This document shows, in pieces, positions 1-12,351 of a stretch of 64,000 nt of DNA. The DNA lies in contig JACPFM010000129.1 in assembly GCA_016182965.1 (NCBI GenBank), positions 1,366 through 65,365 of the forward strand, read 5' to 3'. The notes below the pieces were generated by a model. It had not been told where the DNA came from. It made no database searches and saw nothing but the letters and a program-made list of their open reading frames with translations. A program made the translations under genes and the position numbers. This DNA comes from Deltaproteobacteria bacterium (GTDB lineage: Bacteria; Myxococcota_A; Polyangia; Polyangiales; JADJMO01). Numbering within the stretch: position 1 is the stretch's first letter; the number at the start of each line of letters is the position of its first letter.

Positions 1-113
1 ACGCGAGGCAGTGACAGACCGAGACGCGCAGCGGCTCCGCGCGACACACGACGCGGAGCCGACCGCACGAGCACGAGGCGCGACGAGTCATGGGCCGAAC
101 TGTAGCTCCCCGG

Positions 114-1184
114 TCACTTCGGCGCCTTCGACAGCTTCCCCGCGTCGAACCAGTAGATCGACGTCGCGTCGATCGTGAACGAGCTCGCCTTGGTGCCGAC
201 CACCGGCTGGGGCTTGCCCGCGCCGTTCAGCGCGACGCGGTGGATCTTGCCGGACCACAGCCAGTAGACGTGGGTCGCGTCCGCGGCCAGCTGCGTGCCG
301 TGGATGCCCGCCGCGAGGACGGTGCGGGTCACCGGCGGCGATTTCGTGACGCGGACGAGCCCGGTGGTGTCGAGGAAGATCAGCGCGTCGGCCGTCGCCA
401 GGATGTCGCCGCCCTGATCGGCGAAATCGACGGAGAGCAGCTTCGTCTCCTTGGCCGTGGACTTCCCGGTCGCCGAGTAGGGGATCGAGAGCAGCGAGCT
501 GCTGCCGTCGTCGTGCATGTGGACGGCGTAGACGTTCTTGTCGTCGGCGGTCACCGCGCCGAGGTGCATGTCGCCGTTGGACCATCCGAGGGCGGCGGCG
601 GCGAAGCCGCTCGGCTTCGACGGGTCGAAGCACACCGGCTGGAAGGAACCCGACGCGAGGAACATCGCCGTCCCCCAGTTGGTCGAATACACGCAGACGC
701 TCGAGCCCGACGCGAAGACGCGCTCGATCGGCTCGGCGAGCTTCGCGTCGGCGAGCACGCGCGTCGCGGTCGACGGCTTGGTCAAGGTGAAGAGCTGCGC
801 GGGGTTCGGCGGCTCGTTGCCCTCGAACACGTAGACGCCGCCGAGCGTCCAGTACAGCTTTCCCGCGACGACTTCGACTCGTCCGATGGGCTGGGTCCCG
901 ACGGCGACGTCGCGCACCGCGCCGCCCGCCTTGTCGACCGACTGCACCTTCTTGCCGTTCGCCCAGTAGAGCGCCGTGTCGTCGGCCACCAGGCGCATGA
1001 TGCCGGGCGTGGTCGACGCGAGCACCGTCGGCGCCGACGCGGCCGACGCGGACGTCGAGGCGGCCGGCGCGGACGCCGACGTCGCCGGCGCGGGCTTCTT
1101 CGGCGCCTCGCCGGGGGCGCGCTGAGAGACCGTGACCGCCGCGAGCACCACCCACGCAAGCACCGTCGTGCGAGCCATGCTCAT
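114..1184 (-). CDS. Secreted beta-propeller-like protein (DUF5050-like repeats)
   Basis: Start MSMARTT at 1184 within ORF 114..1559; signal peptide, Ala/Ser linker, repeated 'LVADDTALYW / LAADATHVYW / IDATSIYW' blades. Confidence 0.7.
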   Translation of the reverse strand: MSMARTTVLAWVVLAAVTVSQRAPGEAPKKPAPATSASAPAASTSASAASAPTVLASTTPGIMRLVADDTALYWANGKKVQSVDKAGGAVRDVAVGTQPIGRVEVVAGKLYWTLGGVYVFEGNEPPNPAQLFTLTKPSTATRVLADAKLAEPIERVFASGSSVCVYSTNWGTAMFLASGSFQPVCFDPSKPSGFAAAALGWSNGDMHLGAVTADDKNVYAVHMHDDGSSSLLSIPYSATGKSTAKETKLLSVDFADQGGDILATADALIFLDTTGLVRVTKSPPVTRTVLAAGIHGTQLAADATHVYWLWSGKIHRVALNGAGKPQPVVGTKASSFTIDATSIYWFDAGKLSKAPK

Positions 1185-1239
1185 GTGTCTATCCCCTTGC
1201 GCCGAGCCTACCACGGGCCTCGGCGCCGGAGGTGCAGGG

Positions 1240-4200
1240 TCAAGCGGCGCGACGTCGTCGCGCGGCCGCCAACAGGACGAGCGCGAGGACCGGGAGCGCC
1301 ACGGCGCCGCCCGGCCGCTTGTCGGCCGACATCGCGCAGCCGCCGTCGTCCTCCGGCGGCGGGAGCGCGACGCAGGTCTTGCTCGGGAGGTCGCAGAGAT
1401 ACCCGCGCGCGCAGTCGTCGCTCGAGGTGCAGCTCGTGCTGCACGCGCCGAACGCGGGCTCGCAGAGGTAGGGACCGCACTCGAAGGGGACCGCATCGTC
1501 GGTCGCGCACTTGCCGCCCGGTCCGGGGCAGTACGCCGGTCCGACACCGCTCGTCGCACCCGTGCAGCGATTGCGCGCGCACATCGTGCCCTGACCGGCG
1601 CCGATGCACTGCGAATCGGGGCCGCACGTGCCCACGCACGAAAGCGCTGCGCCGCACTCGTTCTTCAGGTCGACGCCGATCGGCTCGGGCGTGCATTTCC
1701 CCGGGCTCGTCAGCAAGGCGCACGAGTGGCAGCGGTCGGTGCACGGCGAGTCGCAGCACACGCCTTCGACGCAGTTTCCGCTCGCGCACTCACTGCCCTT
1801 GGTGCAGCGCTGGAACCCCGCGGCCACCGTGGGCGTCGCGCCCCAGTTCGGCGCGGGCGCCTCGGCGACCGCATCTGTCGGCGGCGCGCCGTCGGTGGAG
1901 GCGTCCGCGCCGGCGTCGGAACACCCGGGGACGCTCGTGCACACGCCCACCGAGCCGGGGACGTTGCACGACGAGCACGCGTCGGAGCATGCGGTCGTGC
2001 AGCACACGCCGCCCTCGCAGAAGCCGGTGGCGCACGCGTCTGGCGAGGAGCAGGGATCGCCCTGCTTCTTCCGCTTCGCGCACGCGCCCGCCTCGCAGAA
2101 CATGCCCGAGACGCAGTCGGCCGCGGTGGCGCAGGAGGTCTTGCATCCGGTCGCGCCGCACGCGTACGGGGCGCAGTCGATCGGGAGGGGCGTGGGATCG
2201 CACGCTCCCTTGCCGTCGCAGAAGGCGGCGCCGGTCGACGTCCCGCCGACGCAGGTCGCGGCCGTGCACACCGTCGACGTCGACGGATAGCTGCACCCGG
2301 TCAGCGCTCCGTCGCAGGTGCCCGCGCACGTCCCGGTGCCGGTGCACGCGACACGACCGCCGCGCGGCGCGCCTTTGACCAGCGTGCACGAGCCTGCGTT
2401 CCCCGGCTCGTTGCACGACTCGCACTGGCCGGTGCACGCGGTCGCGCAGCACACGCCGTCGACGCAGAACCCGCTGGCGCACGCACCGGGCGCGTAGCAG
2501 GTACCGCCCTTGGCGATGCCGTCGCCCCAGATCTCTGCGGTGCTCGCGACCGTGGAGCCCACCGTCCCGCCGGTGATCAACGCCGCCCCGCCCGGAAGCG
2601 GCGCCATCGCTGCGCGCAGGCGCTCCGCCGCGAGCGCGCCCGCGGAGGACCACTTCCCGGAGGCGACGTCGTAGAGGTAGGTGGCCGTCTCGGGCGTGGT
2701 CGAGGAATCGGCGGCGACCCCGCCCGCGATGAGGATGCGGCTCGTCGTGAGCGCCGCGCCTGCCGCTCCCAGCTTCGGCCCGGGCATCGCGTTGGCGGCG
2801 CCGAAGGCCCCACCCGTCGGGCTGAACATCTCGGCCGACGACACGATCGTGGAGGCGCTGAGGATACGCCCGCCGGCGACGAGGACCCGACCGTCGGCGA
2901 GCCCGACGTACGCGGCGAACGAGCGCCCGGCGGACAACGCCGGCGCCGCCGCGAACTGGTTGGTGGCGCCGTCGTAGACGTCGCCGGTCGAGTCGTTCTC
3001 GTTGTCGCTCCCGACGAGCAGCACGCGATTGGTCCCGAACCCGAAGGCGGCCCCGCGCGCGTGGTAGCTCGACGCGGCGTTGGTCACCGCCGTCGTCGTG
3101 CTCTTGGTCGCGTCCCACACCTCCGCGTCGAGGAGGTGACCGTGGCTCACGGCGTCGATGCCCGCCGCCACGAGCACCGCTCCGCTCGGCGACAAGAGCG
3201 CCGACACGTGGGAATAACGCTGCACCGAGAGCGGCGCGCCGGCGGACCAGACATCCGTGGCCGGATCGTAGACCTCGACGGTCGACGTCGCCGTGGGGTA
3301 CCCGGTGAGCGCCCCGGTCGCGCCTCCGAACACCGCGACCTTCCCCGAGGCCAACACCGTCGCAGAGTGAAGCGTGCGAGACGTCGCCGTCGCCTTGGCG
3401 ATCGTCCAGGTGCGCGTGACCGGATCGAAGATCTCGGCCGCGCTCAGCACCGACGAGCCGAAGCTCTCGCCGCCGACCACCAGGACCCTGCCGGATGCGA
3501 TCACCGACGCGGTGTGATCGGCGCGGGCGAAGGCCATCGACGTCGGCGGGCCCCACGCCGGATCGACGGCGATCGGGAACGACGCGCCGGCGGCGGCGAC
3601 CTCGGCCTCGAGCACGCGCGCGGAGCCTTCGCCGACGAGCCGCGGCTGGAGGTCGATCCGGCGATGGCTCGCGTCGACGGCGAACCACGGTTCGCTGCGC
3701 AGGCGCGCGACGCCGTCGCGGTCGAGCACCTCGACGGCTCCCATGCGGACGCGCACGTCGCGCGCGGCCGGACCGAGGCGCACGCGATAGCGCAGGGTCG
3801 TCGTCGCCTTGGCCGACCGCAGCAGGCGCAGCTCCTCGACGTGCCCGCGCGACGCCGACATCACCACGTCGACGTCGGGACGCGCTTCGGAGAACACCAG
3901 CGCGCCCTCCACGGGCGCGGCGACGACGGGCGCGTCGCCGTCGGCGGCGACCTCGATCCAGAGATCGTCGCTGACCCCGAGCCGCATCGGCCCGCCGGCG
4001 CGCGACGGGAGCCGCGCGAAGAACCCGGTGCGCAGCTCGCGCACGTCGACGAACCCGGGCCCGCCGCCTCGCGCCGGCGGCTCGTCGGCGGTGACGCGAT
4101 ACCCGTCGCCGACGCGCACGAGCGGAAGCCCGACGACGCGCGGGGCGATCTGCGGATAGCTCCTCAACAGCTCCACGGTCGCCCGCGCGACCGACCCGCC

Positions 4201-4332
4201 GCCGGTGGGACCCGATCGCGTACGCTCGGAAGACGAGCAGGCGACGATCGCGATGGACGCGATCAATGGATGAACGGCTCGCACGCAACCTCCCGCGGGG
4301 CCTCGGCCCTCGACGAAGAGTAGTCGAAGCAC
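1240..4332 (-). CDS. Kelch-repeat and Cys-rich surface protein with MYXO-CTERM-like tail
   Basis: Lipobox IVAC; Kelch repeats (HTASVIASGRVLVVGG, HSATVLASGKVAVFGG); CASGFCVDGVCC repeats; C-terminal GGC + hydrophobic helix + RRRR. Start uncertain. Confidence 0.8.
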   Translation of the reverse strand: MLRLLFVEGRGPAGGCVRAVHPLIASIAIVACSSSERTRSGPTGGGSVARATVELLRSYPQIAPRVVGLPLVRVGDGYRVTADEPPARGGGPGFVDVRELRTGFFARLPSRAGGPMRLGVSDDLWIEVAADGDAPVVAAPVEGALVFSEARPDVDVVMSASRGHVEELRLLRSAKATTTLRYRVRLGPAARDVRVRMGAVEVLDRDGVARLRSEPWFAVDASHRRIDLQPRLVGEGSARVLEAEVAAAGASFPIAVDPAWGPPTSMAFARADHTASVIASGRVLVVGGESFGSSVLSAAEIFDPVTRTWTIAKATATSRTLHSATVLASGKVAVFGGATGALTGYPTATSTVEVYDPATDVWSAGAPLSVQRYSHVSALLSPSGAVLVAAGIDAVSHGHLLDAEVWDATKSTTTAVTNAASSYHARGAAFGFGTNRVLLVGSDNENDSTGDVYDGATNQFAAAPALSAGRSFAAYVGLADGRVLVAGGRILSASTIVSSAEMFSPTGGAFGAANAMPGPKLGAAGAALTTSRILIAGGVAADSSTTPETATYLYDVASGKWSSAGALAAERLRAAMAPLPGGAALITGGTVGSTVASTAEIWGDGIAKGGTCYAPGACASGFCVDGVCCATACTGQCESCNEPGNAGSCTLVKGAPRGGRVACTGTGTCAGTCDGALTGCSYPSTSTVCTAATCVGGTSTGAAFCDGKGACDPTPLPIDCAPYACGATGCKTSCATAADCVSGMFCEAGACAKRKKQGDPCSSPDACATGFCEGGVCCTTACSDACSSCNVPGSVGVCTSVPGCSDAGADASTDGAPPTDAVAEAPAPNWGATPTVAAGFQRCTKGSECASGNCVEGVCCDSPCTDRCHSCALLTSPGKCTPEPIGVDLKNECGAALSCVGTCGPDSQCIGAGQGTMCARNRCTGATSGVGPAYCPGPGGKCATDDAVPFECGPYLCEPAFGACSTSCTSSDDCARGYLCDLPSKTCVALPPPEDDGGCAMSADKRPGGAVALPVLALVLLAAARRRRAA

Positions 4333-4522
4333 GAGCCGGACAAAGCGGAAAAATCGGCGCGTGCGCCGAGCTTCCGAGCTCGGAGCTCGCGCGCGTCGGA
4401 AGCGGGTCGCGACCTCGACGAGGCGGCATGAGCGAGCCTGCGCACGATTCGACGACGCTCACTGCGCGGCCTCGACGCCGCGGTGGAAGAGGCGATCGCG
4501 TTGATGCTCTAATCGCCCGCCG

Positions 4523-6004
4523 ATGCGGCTCTCCATCCGCGGCGTGCGCAAGGCGTTCGAGGCGACGGTCGCCCTCTCGGCGGTCGACCTCGACCTCGCG
4601 CCGGGGGAGGTCCACGCGGTCCTCGGCGAGAACGGCGCCGGCAAGAGCACGTTGATGGCGATCCTCGCGGGGGCGATCGCGCCCGACGGCGGCGCGATCA
4701 CGCTCGACGGAGCGCCCTACGCCCCGAAGACGCCGCGTCAGGCGCAGGACGCCGGCGTGGCGATCGTTCACCAGGAGCTGTCGCTGTGCCCGCACCTGAC
4801 CGTCGAGGAGAACGTCCTCCTCGGGCGCGAGCCGACGCGCTTCGGTCTGGTCGACGTGGCCGCGGGTCGGGCGCGGGTGCGCGCCGCCCTCGAGCGGGTC
4901 GGCGCGGCCTCCGTCGATCCGCGCACGCGGGCCGGCGAGCTGCCTTCGGCGGCGCAGCAGCTGGTCGAGATCGCGCGCACGCTGGCGCACGAGCAGCCGC
5001 GGGTGCTGATCCTCGACGAGCCGACGTCGAGCCTCGGCGGAGCCGACGCCGAGCGCCTGCTCTCGCTCGTGCGGGAGCTGCGCGATCGCGGTGTATCGAT
5101 CCTCTATGTTTCGCACTTCCTCGAGGAGATCGAGCGGGTGTGCGATCGCTTCACCGTGCTCCGCGACGGCGCGACGGTCGGCGCCGGGCGCATCGGCGAG
5201 GTCGACGTAGACGGCCTGGTCACCATGATGGCCGGCCGCACGGTCGAGCGCCTCTTCGAGCGACGTCTCGAGGGCGGGCGCCGCGCGCCCGGCGAGACGC
5301 TCCTCGACGTGCGCGCGCTCTCCGGCGCGCCGCGGCCCGATCAGGCGTCGTTCGCCGTCCGCCGCGGCGAGGTGCTCGGCGTCGCCGGCCTCGTCGGCGC
5401 CGGCCGCACCGAGCTGCTCCGCGCGATCTTCGGGCTCGATCGCGTGGTGTCGGGCGAGGTCCGGGTCGGCGCCTGGATGGGGCGCGGCCCTCGCTCGCCG
5501 GCCGAGTCGCTGCGGCGCGACGTCGGCCTGCTGAGCGAGGACCGCAAGCGCGAGGGGCTCGCGCTCGGGCGCTCGGTTTCGGAGAACGTCACCCTCTCGA
5601 AGCTGCCCGCGATCGTGCGCCGCGGCGACGTCACGCGCGCGACGCGCACCTGGGTCGAGCGCCTGGGCATCCGCGTCGCCGACGTCGACGCGCCCGTGTC
5701 GCACCTGTCGGGCGGCAACCAGCAGAAGGTCGCGCTTGCGCGCCTGCTCCACCACGACGTCGACGTGCTCCTGCTCGACGAGCCGACGCGCGGGATCGAC
5801 GTGCGCAGCAAGGCGGAGATCTACGCCACCATCGACGGCCTCGCCGCAGCGGGGAAGGCGATCGTCGTGGTCTCGAGCTGGCTGCCCGAGCTGCTCGGCC
5901 TCTGCGATCGCATCGCGGTCATGCGGCGCGGCCGGCTGGGCGAGGCGCGCCCGACCGAATCCTGGACCGAGCACGACCTCTTGAGGGAGGCTCTGGGCGC
6001 ATGA
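4523..6004 (+). CDS. Sugar ABC transporter ATP-binding protein (RbsA/MglA-like)
   Basis: GENGAGKST Walker A, two ABC domains, LSGGNQQKV, DEPTRGID. Confidence 0.95.
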   Translation: MRLSIRGVRKAFEATVALSAVDLDLAPGEVHAVLGENGAGKSTLMAILAGAIAPDGGAITLDGAPYAPKTPRQAQDAGVAIVHQELSLCPHLTVEENVLLGREPTRFGLVDVAAGRARVRAALERVGAASVDPRTRAGELPSAAQQLVEIARTLAHEQPRVLILDEPTSSLGGADAERLLSLVRELRDRGVSILYVSHFLEEIERVCDRFTVLRDGATVGAGRIGEVDVDGLVTMMAGRTVERLFERRLEGGRRAPGETLLDVRALSGAPRPDQASFAVRRGEVLGVAGLVGAGRTELLRAIFGLDRVVSGEVRVGAWMGRGPRSPAESLRRDVGLLSEDRKREGLALGRSVSENVTLSKLPAIVRRGDVTRATRTWVERLGIRVADVDAPVSHLSGGNQQKVALARLLHHDVDVLLLDEPTRGIDVRSKAEIYATIDGLAAAGKAIVVVSSWLPELLGLCDRIAVMRRGRLGEARPTESWTEHDLLREALGA

Positions 6005-6945
6005 AGGCGCTGCTGCGACGCAGGTGGATCGGCGCCCTGCTCGCGCTGGTCGTCGTCTTCGTGGTCATGCTGGCCCTGCGACCCGACTCGTTCGCGCGGA
6101 CCACCACCATGGTCACCATGGCGCGGCAGACGGTGATCGTCGGCATCGCCGCGGTCGGCATGACTCTGGTGATCGTCCTCGGCGGCATCGATCTCTCGGT
6201 CGGCTCGACGGTCGCCTTCTCCAGCGTGGTCGCCGCGAAGCTGCTGCACGGCGGGCACGGCGCGATGGCCGCCGTGTCCGGGGCGATCGTCACCGCCGCG
6301 GTGATCGGACTCCTCAACGGCGCGCTCGTGGCGCACGTCCGCTTGCTGCCCTTCATCGTCACGCTCGGCACGATGAGCATCGTGCGCGGCGCGGCGAAGG
6401 GCCTCGCCGACGAGCAGAAGATCGACGCCCCGGTGCGCGGCCTCGACGCGCTCCTCGCGCCGCTGCCCCCCGAGCGCGCGTGGATGCTCCTACCGCCGGG
6501 CGTGTGGATCGCGCTGGCCGTCGCGGCCGTCGCCGCGGTCGTCCTCCACGGCACGCGCTTCGGTCGTCACGTGTTCGCCATCGGCTCCAACGAGCAGACC
6601 GCGCGGCTGTGCGGGGTGGGCGTCGAGCGCACCAAGATCGCGGTGTACGCGATCGCCGGCCTGCTCGCCGGGCTCGCCGGCGTGATGGCGTTCTCCACGC
6701 TGACCGTGGGCGATCCGACCACCGCCGTCGGGCTCGAGCTCGACGTGATCGCCGCGGTGGTCATCGGCGGCGCCTCGCTCGCCGGCGGCGAGGGCTCGAT
6801 CGTCGGCGCGGTGATCGGCGCCTGCCTGATGACGGTGGTGAAGACCGGCGCCACGCACGTCGGCCTCCCCAACTGGGTGCAGGAGATCGTCACCGGCGGC
6901 ATCATCCTGGTCGCCGCCGCGCTCGATCGGCTACGCCACCGGTAG
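6001..6945 (+). CDS. Sugar ABC transporter permease (RbsC-like)
   Basis: ATG overlaps the upstream stop (ATGA); GGIDLSVGS, FGRHVFAIGSNE, ELDVIAAVVIGG motifs. Confidence 0.95.
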   Translation: MKALLRRRWIGALLALVVVFVVMLALRPDSFARTTTMVTMARQTVIVGIAAVGMTLVIVLGGIDLSVGSTVAFSSVVAAKLLHGGHGAMAAVSGAIVTAAVIGLLNGALVAHVRLLPFIVTLGTMSIVRGAAKGLADEQKIDAPVRGLDALLAPLPPERAWMLLPPGVWIALAVAAVAAVVLHGTRFGRHVFAIGSNEQTARLCGVGVERTKIAVYAIAGLLAGLAGVMAFSTLTVGDPTTAVGLELDVIAAVVIGGASLAGGEGSIVGAVIGACLMTVVKTGATHVGLPNWVQEIVTGGIILVAAALDRLRHR

Positions 6946-7659
6946 GTAGCCGCTCGACGTCGCCGGCCGGTCGTCGTCGGGGAAGAGCTCGTCGAGGATC
7001 GGCAGCTCGTCGCGCAGCTCCATCTGGAGCATCTTCGCGAACACGTCGAGCGCCACCACCGCGTTGCGCCCGGAGTCCTTGCCGCCGATGGCGCGAATGC
7101 GCTGGGCGAGGCCCTGATTGACCGCGGTGACGTCGTGATAGCGCTCGGCGAGCACCTCGAGCCCGAGCGACTCCGGCCAGCCGCGCTTCGCGCGATGGTA
7201 CTGCCGGAGCAGGTGGAAGCTGGTGGCGCGGACGATGGTCTCTTCGACGCTCGCGAACGGCAGGTGGAACCGCGCCATCGGCCGGAGGAAGTCGAGCTGC
7301 GGGCAGCCGCTCGTCGCCATCACGAGGCCGAAGAGCGAGCCCAGCGCCTCGGCGAGCGAGCACTGCTTTCCGTAGGTGCGGTCCTCCGTGATCACCTCGG
7401 TGCGGGTGACGGTGTGCGACGGCGCGTCCTTGAAGTGATCGGCGACCGCGGCGACGGCCCGCGCCGGCGGACAGAACGGCGTCGTGCGCGCTTCGAGCGT
7501 GCAGTTGCGGCACTTGTTCTGGTCGAGCGCCGTCCACGCCGGCGGCTCCGCGGGGTCGGGCTCGAGCGCCAGCGTCTCGCGCCTCAGCTGCACGAGGTGC
7601 ACGCGGTCGCGGCCGTCCGGCAAGTGGAACTTGTAGGTGATCTCGATCGGTCGCGACAT
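6931..7659 (-). CDS. Conserved hypothetical protein (DUF6901-like)
   Basis: Start MSRPIE; CRNC..CP and MATSGCP..FLRPMARFHLPFAS..ET motif. Confidence 0.7.
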   Translation of the reverse strand: MSRPIEITYKFHLPDGRDRVHLVQLRRETLALEPDPAEPPAWTALDQNKCRNCTLEARTTPFCPPARAVAAVADHFKDAPSHTVTRTEVITEDRTYGKQCSLAEALGSLFGLVMATSGCPQLDFLRPMARFHLPFASVEETIVRATSFHLLRQYHRAKRGWPESLGLEVLAERYHDVTAVNQGLAQRIRAIGGKDSGRNAVVALDVFAKMLQMELRDELPILDELFPDDDRPATSSGYLPVA

Positions 7660-7740
7660 CGAACGCCCATCGTCGCACCGGTCGCGACTTACGCAAGTTC
7701 GCGGCAACTGCCCTCGCCAGCCAGCCGGAGCCGGCGAAGG

Positions 7741-9568
<1,828 letters not shown>

Positions 9569-9570
<2 letters not shown>

Positions 9571-10654
9571 GAACAAGATCCTCGACTACCGCGACCACCG
9601 CAAAGACCCAAAGGGTTGGGCCGACGAGCTCGGCGTCTCGCAGGAGGCCATCGAGCTCTACCTCGACTCCGATGTCTTCGACTTCCACATCGATTCGTTC
9701 ATCTGGCACCGCATTCTCGGCTACGACCTGACCGAGCGGCACGACCACGGGCTGCTCGGCGCCCGGTTCTACTCCCAGGTCGACTTCCCGCGCATCCGCG
9801 AGGCGCAGATCACCGGCGCCTGCTGGGTGATCACCACGAACCCGGCCAAGGTCGCCACCGAGCGCGCGGAGACCTTCGTCCGGAACCTCGCCGAGCTGCG
9901 GTCGATCATCGATTCGGTCCCCGACGACTTCGCGTTCGTGCGCAACGTACGCGAGTACCGCGCCGCGCGCGCGGCCGGAAAGCACGGAGCCTTCATCGGC
10001 GTCCAAGGGGGCAACGCGCTCGATCGCGATCCGGCCGCGCTCGATCTCGTGCCCGATCAGGCGATCCTGCGCGTCACCCTGGTGCACCTGTCGAGCTCCT
10101 CGCTCGGGGTGACCAGCTCGCCGCTGGCCGGGCGCGGGAAGCATCGCGGCCTCACCGCCGCGGGCCGCGAGTACGTGCGGCGGCTCAACGAGAAGAAGAT
10201 CTTCGTCGACCTCGCGCACATCAGCCGCGAGGGGTTCTTCGACGCGCTCGAGGTCCACGACAAGTCGCAGCCGCTGCTGGTGACGCACACCGGCGTCTCC
10301 GGCGTGTTCCCCCACTGGCGCAACATCGACGACGAGCAGATCAAGGCGGTCGCCGACACCGGCGGCACGATGGGCGTCATCTACCACGGTCAGTTCATCG
10401 ACGGTCCGTACTTCGGCGGCACGATCGAGGGCGTGGTGCGGCACCTCGAGCACATCGTGAAGGTCGCCGGCGAGGACTTCGCCTCCCTCGGCAGCGACTG
10501 GGACGGCGCCATCTCCACCCCGCGCGACATGCCCACCTGCCTCGAGCTCCCCCGCCTCGTCGAGGTCATGTTGAAGCGAGGCTGGAAGGCGAATGTGGTG
10601 AAGAAGGTGCTCGGGGGAAACGCGCTGCGTGTGATCGAAGCGCTGCGCGGCTGA
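9569..10654 (+). CDS. Membrane (renal) dipeptidase family, peptidase M19
   Basis: DFHIDS metal motif, VDLAHIS, THTG, RNIDDEQIKAVADTGG, LGSDWDG, KVLGGNALRV. Confidence 0.9.
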
Positions 10655-10761
10655 ACGGCTCGGCCGTGCGCGAGCGTGGCCGCCGCCGCCTTCGTGCGAA
10701 ATGACTGCGCGAGCGGTCGCAGCGGGTTGCGCCGCAACGCCCGAGGACTAGGGTGCGGAGC

Positions 10762-12255
10762 GTGAAAACCCGCACCTTCCTCCTCCTTGCCTCCCTCGTG
10801 TCCGGCGCCGCGGCGTGTGGCAGCGAGACCACGAAGACCGCGCCCCTCGGCAAGAGCAGCGCTGCGATCGAGACGACGCAGAAGCTGCTGCTCACGTCGG
10901 TGGTCGTGACGCCGACGCAGGCCGAGATGGTGTCGATCTGGAACCCGCAATCGGAGACGGTCGACCTCTCGAACGTCTACCTGGCGGACTACAGCACCTA
11001 CTACGAGATCGTGAAAGGCACGGCGCCCCCCAACACCTCGGACTTCGTGGTGAAGTTCCCCGCGGGCGCCACGATCGCGGGCGGCGCGACGCACACGATC
11101 TCCCTCGCCGGCGCGACCTGCTTCAAGAACGCGTGCGGCACGACCGGCACGTTCACCGGCTACGGCGTCGATCCGACGTACGAGATCCCCACCGGCGACA
11201 CGGCGAAGGACTCCGCCACCGTGCCCGACATGATCGCGGCGGTGACCGGCGGGTACGCCTCCAGCCGCGGCATCACCAACGGCGGCGAGCCCGTGATCCT
11301 GTTCCGCTGGGACGGCGCGTCCGATCTGGTGACCGATCTCGATTACGTCTACGTCGGCACCTCCAGCACCAGCAACCCGCAGGTGGTGAAGACCGGCGTC
11401 ACCGTCGACGGTCCGGACACCGACACCACCGCGTCCGCGTACGCGAACGACACGGCCGCCCCCGCGCAGAAGACGGCCGCGCTCGCCAGCGGCACTGGCC
11501 TTCCGCTCATCGGCTCCTGCCGCACCGACTTCAACGAGACCGGTCAGACCCCCACCGGCGGCAACGGCGTCGGCGGCCGCGACGAGACCTCCGAGAACTT
11601 CACCGTCACGTGGGCCGCGTGCACCACCGCGCCCCCCACCCCGCCCTCGCCGACCGATGCCGGCCCCGACGTGCCCGAGATCGGCCTCCCCGACGCCGCC
11701 TCCGAGGTCGCCTTCGACGCCGTCTTCGGAGACGACACCGCGGTCGACGCGGTGACCGACGGCGTCGTCGACACGGGCGCAGCGGATACGGGCGCGGCCG
11801 ACACCGGCGCCGTCGACACCGGCGCCGTCGACACCGGCGCCGTCGACACCGGCGCCGTCGACACCGGCGCCGTCGACACCGGCGCCGTCGACACCGGCGC
11901 CGTCGACACCGGCGCGGCGACCGACACCGGCGCCGCCGCCGACACCGACGCCGCCGCCGACACCGGCGCGACCGACGACACCGGCGCGGCCGACGACACC
12001 GGCACGGCCGACGACACCGGCACGACCGACGACACCGGCACGACCCCGGTCGACTCCGGCGCGGCCGACACCGGCGCGACCGCCGACACCGGCGAAGTCG
12101 CCCCGTCCGTCACCGACGACGAGGGCTGCACCTGCCACGTCGCCGATCGTCCGACGAGCGAGTCGCCGGCCGCGATCGCGCTGTCGGCGCTGGCCCTCGG
12201 GCTCGTCCTCGCCCGCCGCCGTCGTGCCGGGCGGCACGTCCTCGACCGCGGCTGA
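10762..12255 (+). CDS. Lipoprotein with lamin-tail-like domain, DTGAV repeat stalk and MYXO-CTERM-like tail
   Basis: GTG start after GGAG; lipobox AAAC; AEMVSIWNP..TVDLSNVYLAD (LTD-like); GCTC + TM + RRRR. Confidence 0.75.
   Translation: MKTRTFLLLASLVSGAAACGSETTKTAPLGKSSAAIETTQKLLLTSVVVTPTQAEMVSIWNPQSETVDLSNVYLADYSTYYEIVKGTAPPNTSDFVVKFPAGATIAGGATHTISLAGATCFKNACGTTGTFTGYGVDPTYEIPTGDTAKDSATVPDMIAAVTGGYASSRGITNGGEPVILFRWDGASDLVTDLDYVYVGTSSTSNPQVVKTGVTVDGPDTDTTASAYANDTAAPAQKTAALASGTGLPLIGSCRTDFNETGQTPTGGNGVGGRDETSENFTVTWAACTTAPPTPPSPTDAGPDVPEIGLPDAASEVAFDAVFGDDTAVDAVTDGVVDTGAADTGAADTGAVDTGAVDTGAVDTGAVDTGAVDTGAVDTGAVDTGAATDTGAAADTDAAADTGATDDTGAADDTGTADDTGTTDDTGTTPVDSGAADTGATADTGEVAPSVTDDEGCTCHVADRPTSESPAAIALSALALGLVLARRRRAGRHVLDRG
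11800..11904 (+). repeat. Coding tandem repeat, 7 x 15 bp (GACACCGGCGCCGTC = DTGAV)
   Basis: Seven identical units read directly; degenerate DTG units on both sides. Confidence 0.95.
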
Positions 12256-12351
12256 TCACCCGCGCGCGACCATTCGGGCGCGTCGAGGCGCAGCAGCTCG
12301 CGAGCGTTGCCGGTGCGCGGCGTGGCAACGGCGACCACGGGATTGGATCGT

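Noticed and set aside
11800-12090. DTGAV array as a CRISPR or RiPP multicore
   Set aside because: It is an in-frame low-complexity stalk of a surface protein, with no adjacent maturase.
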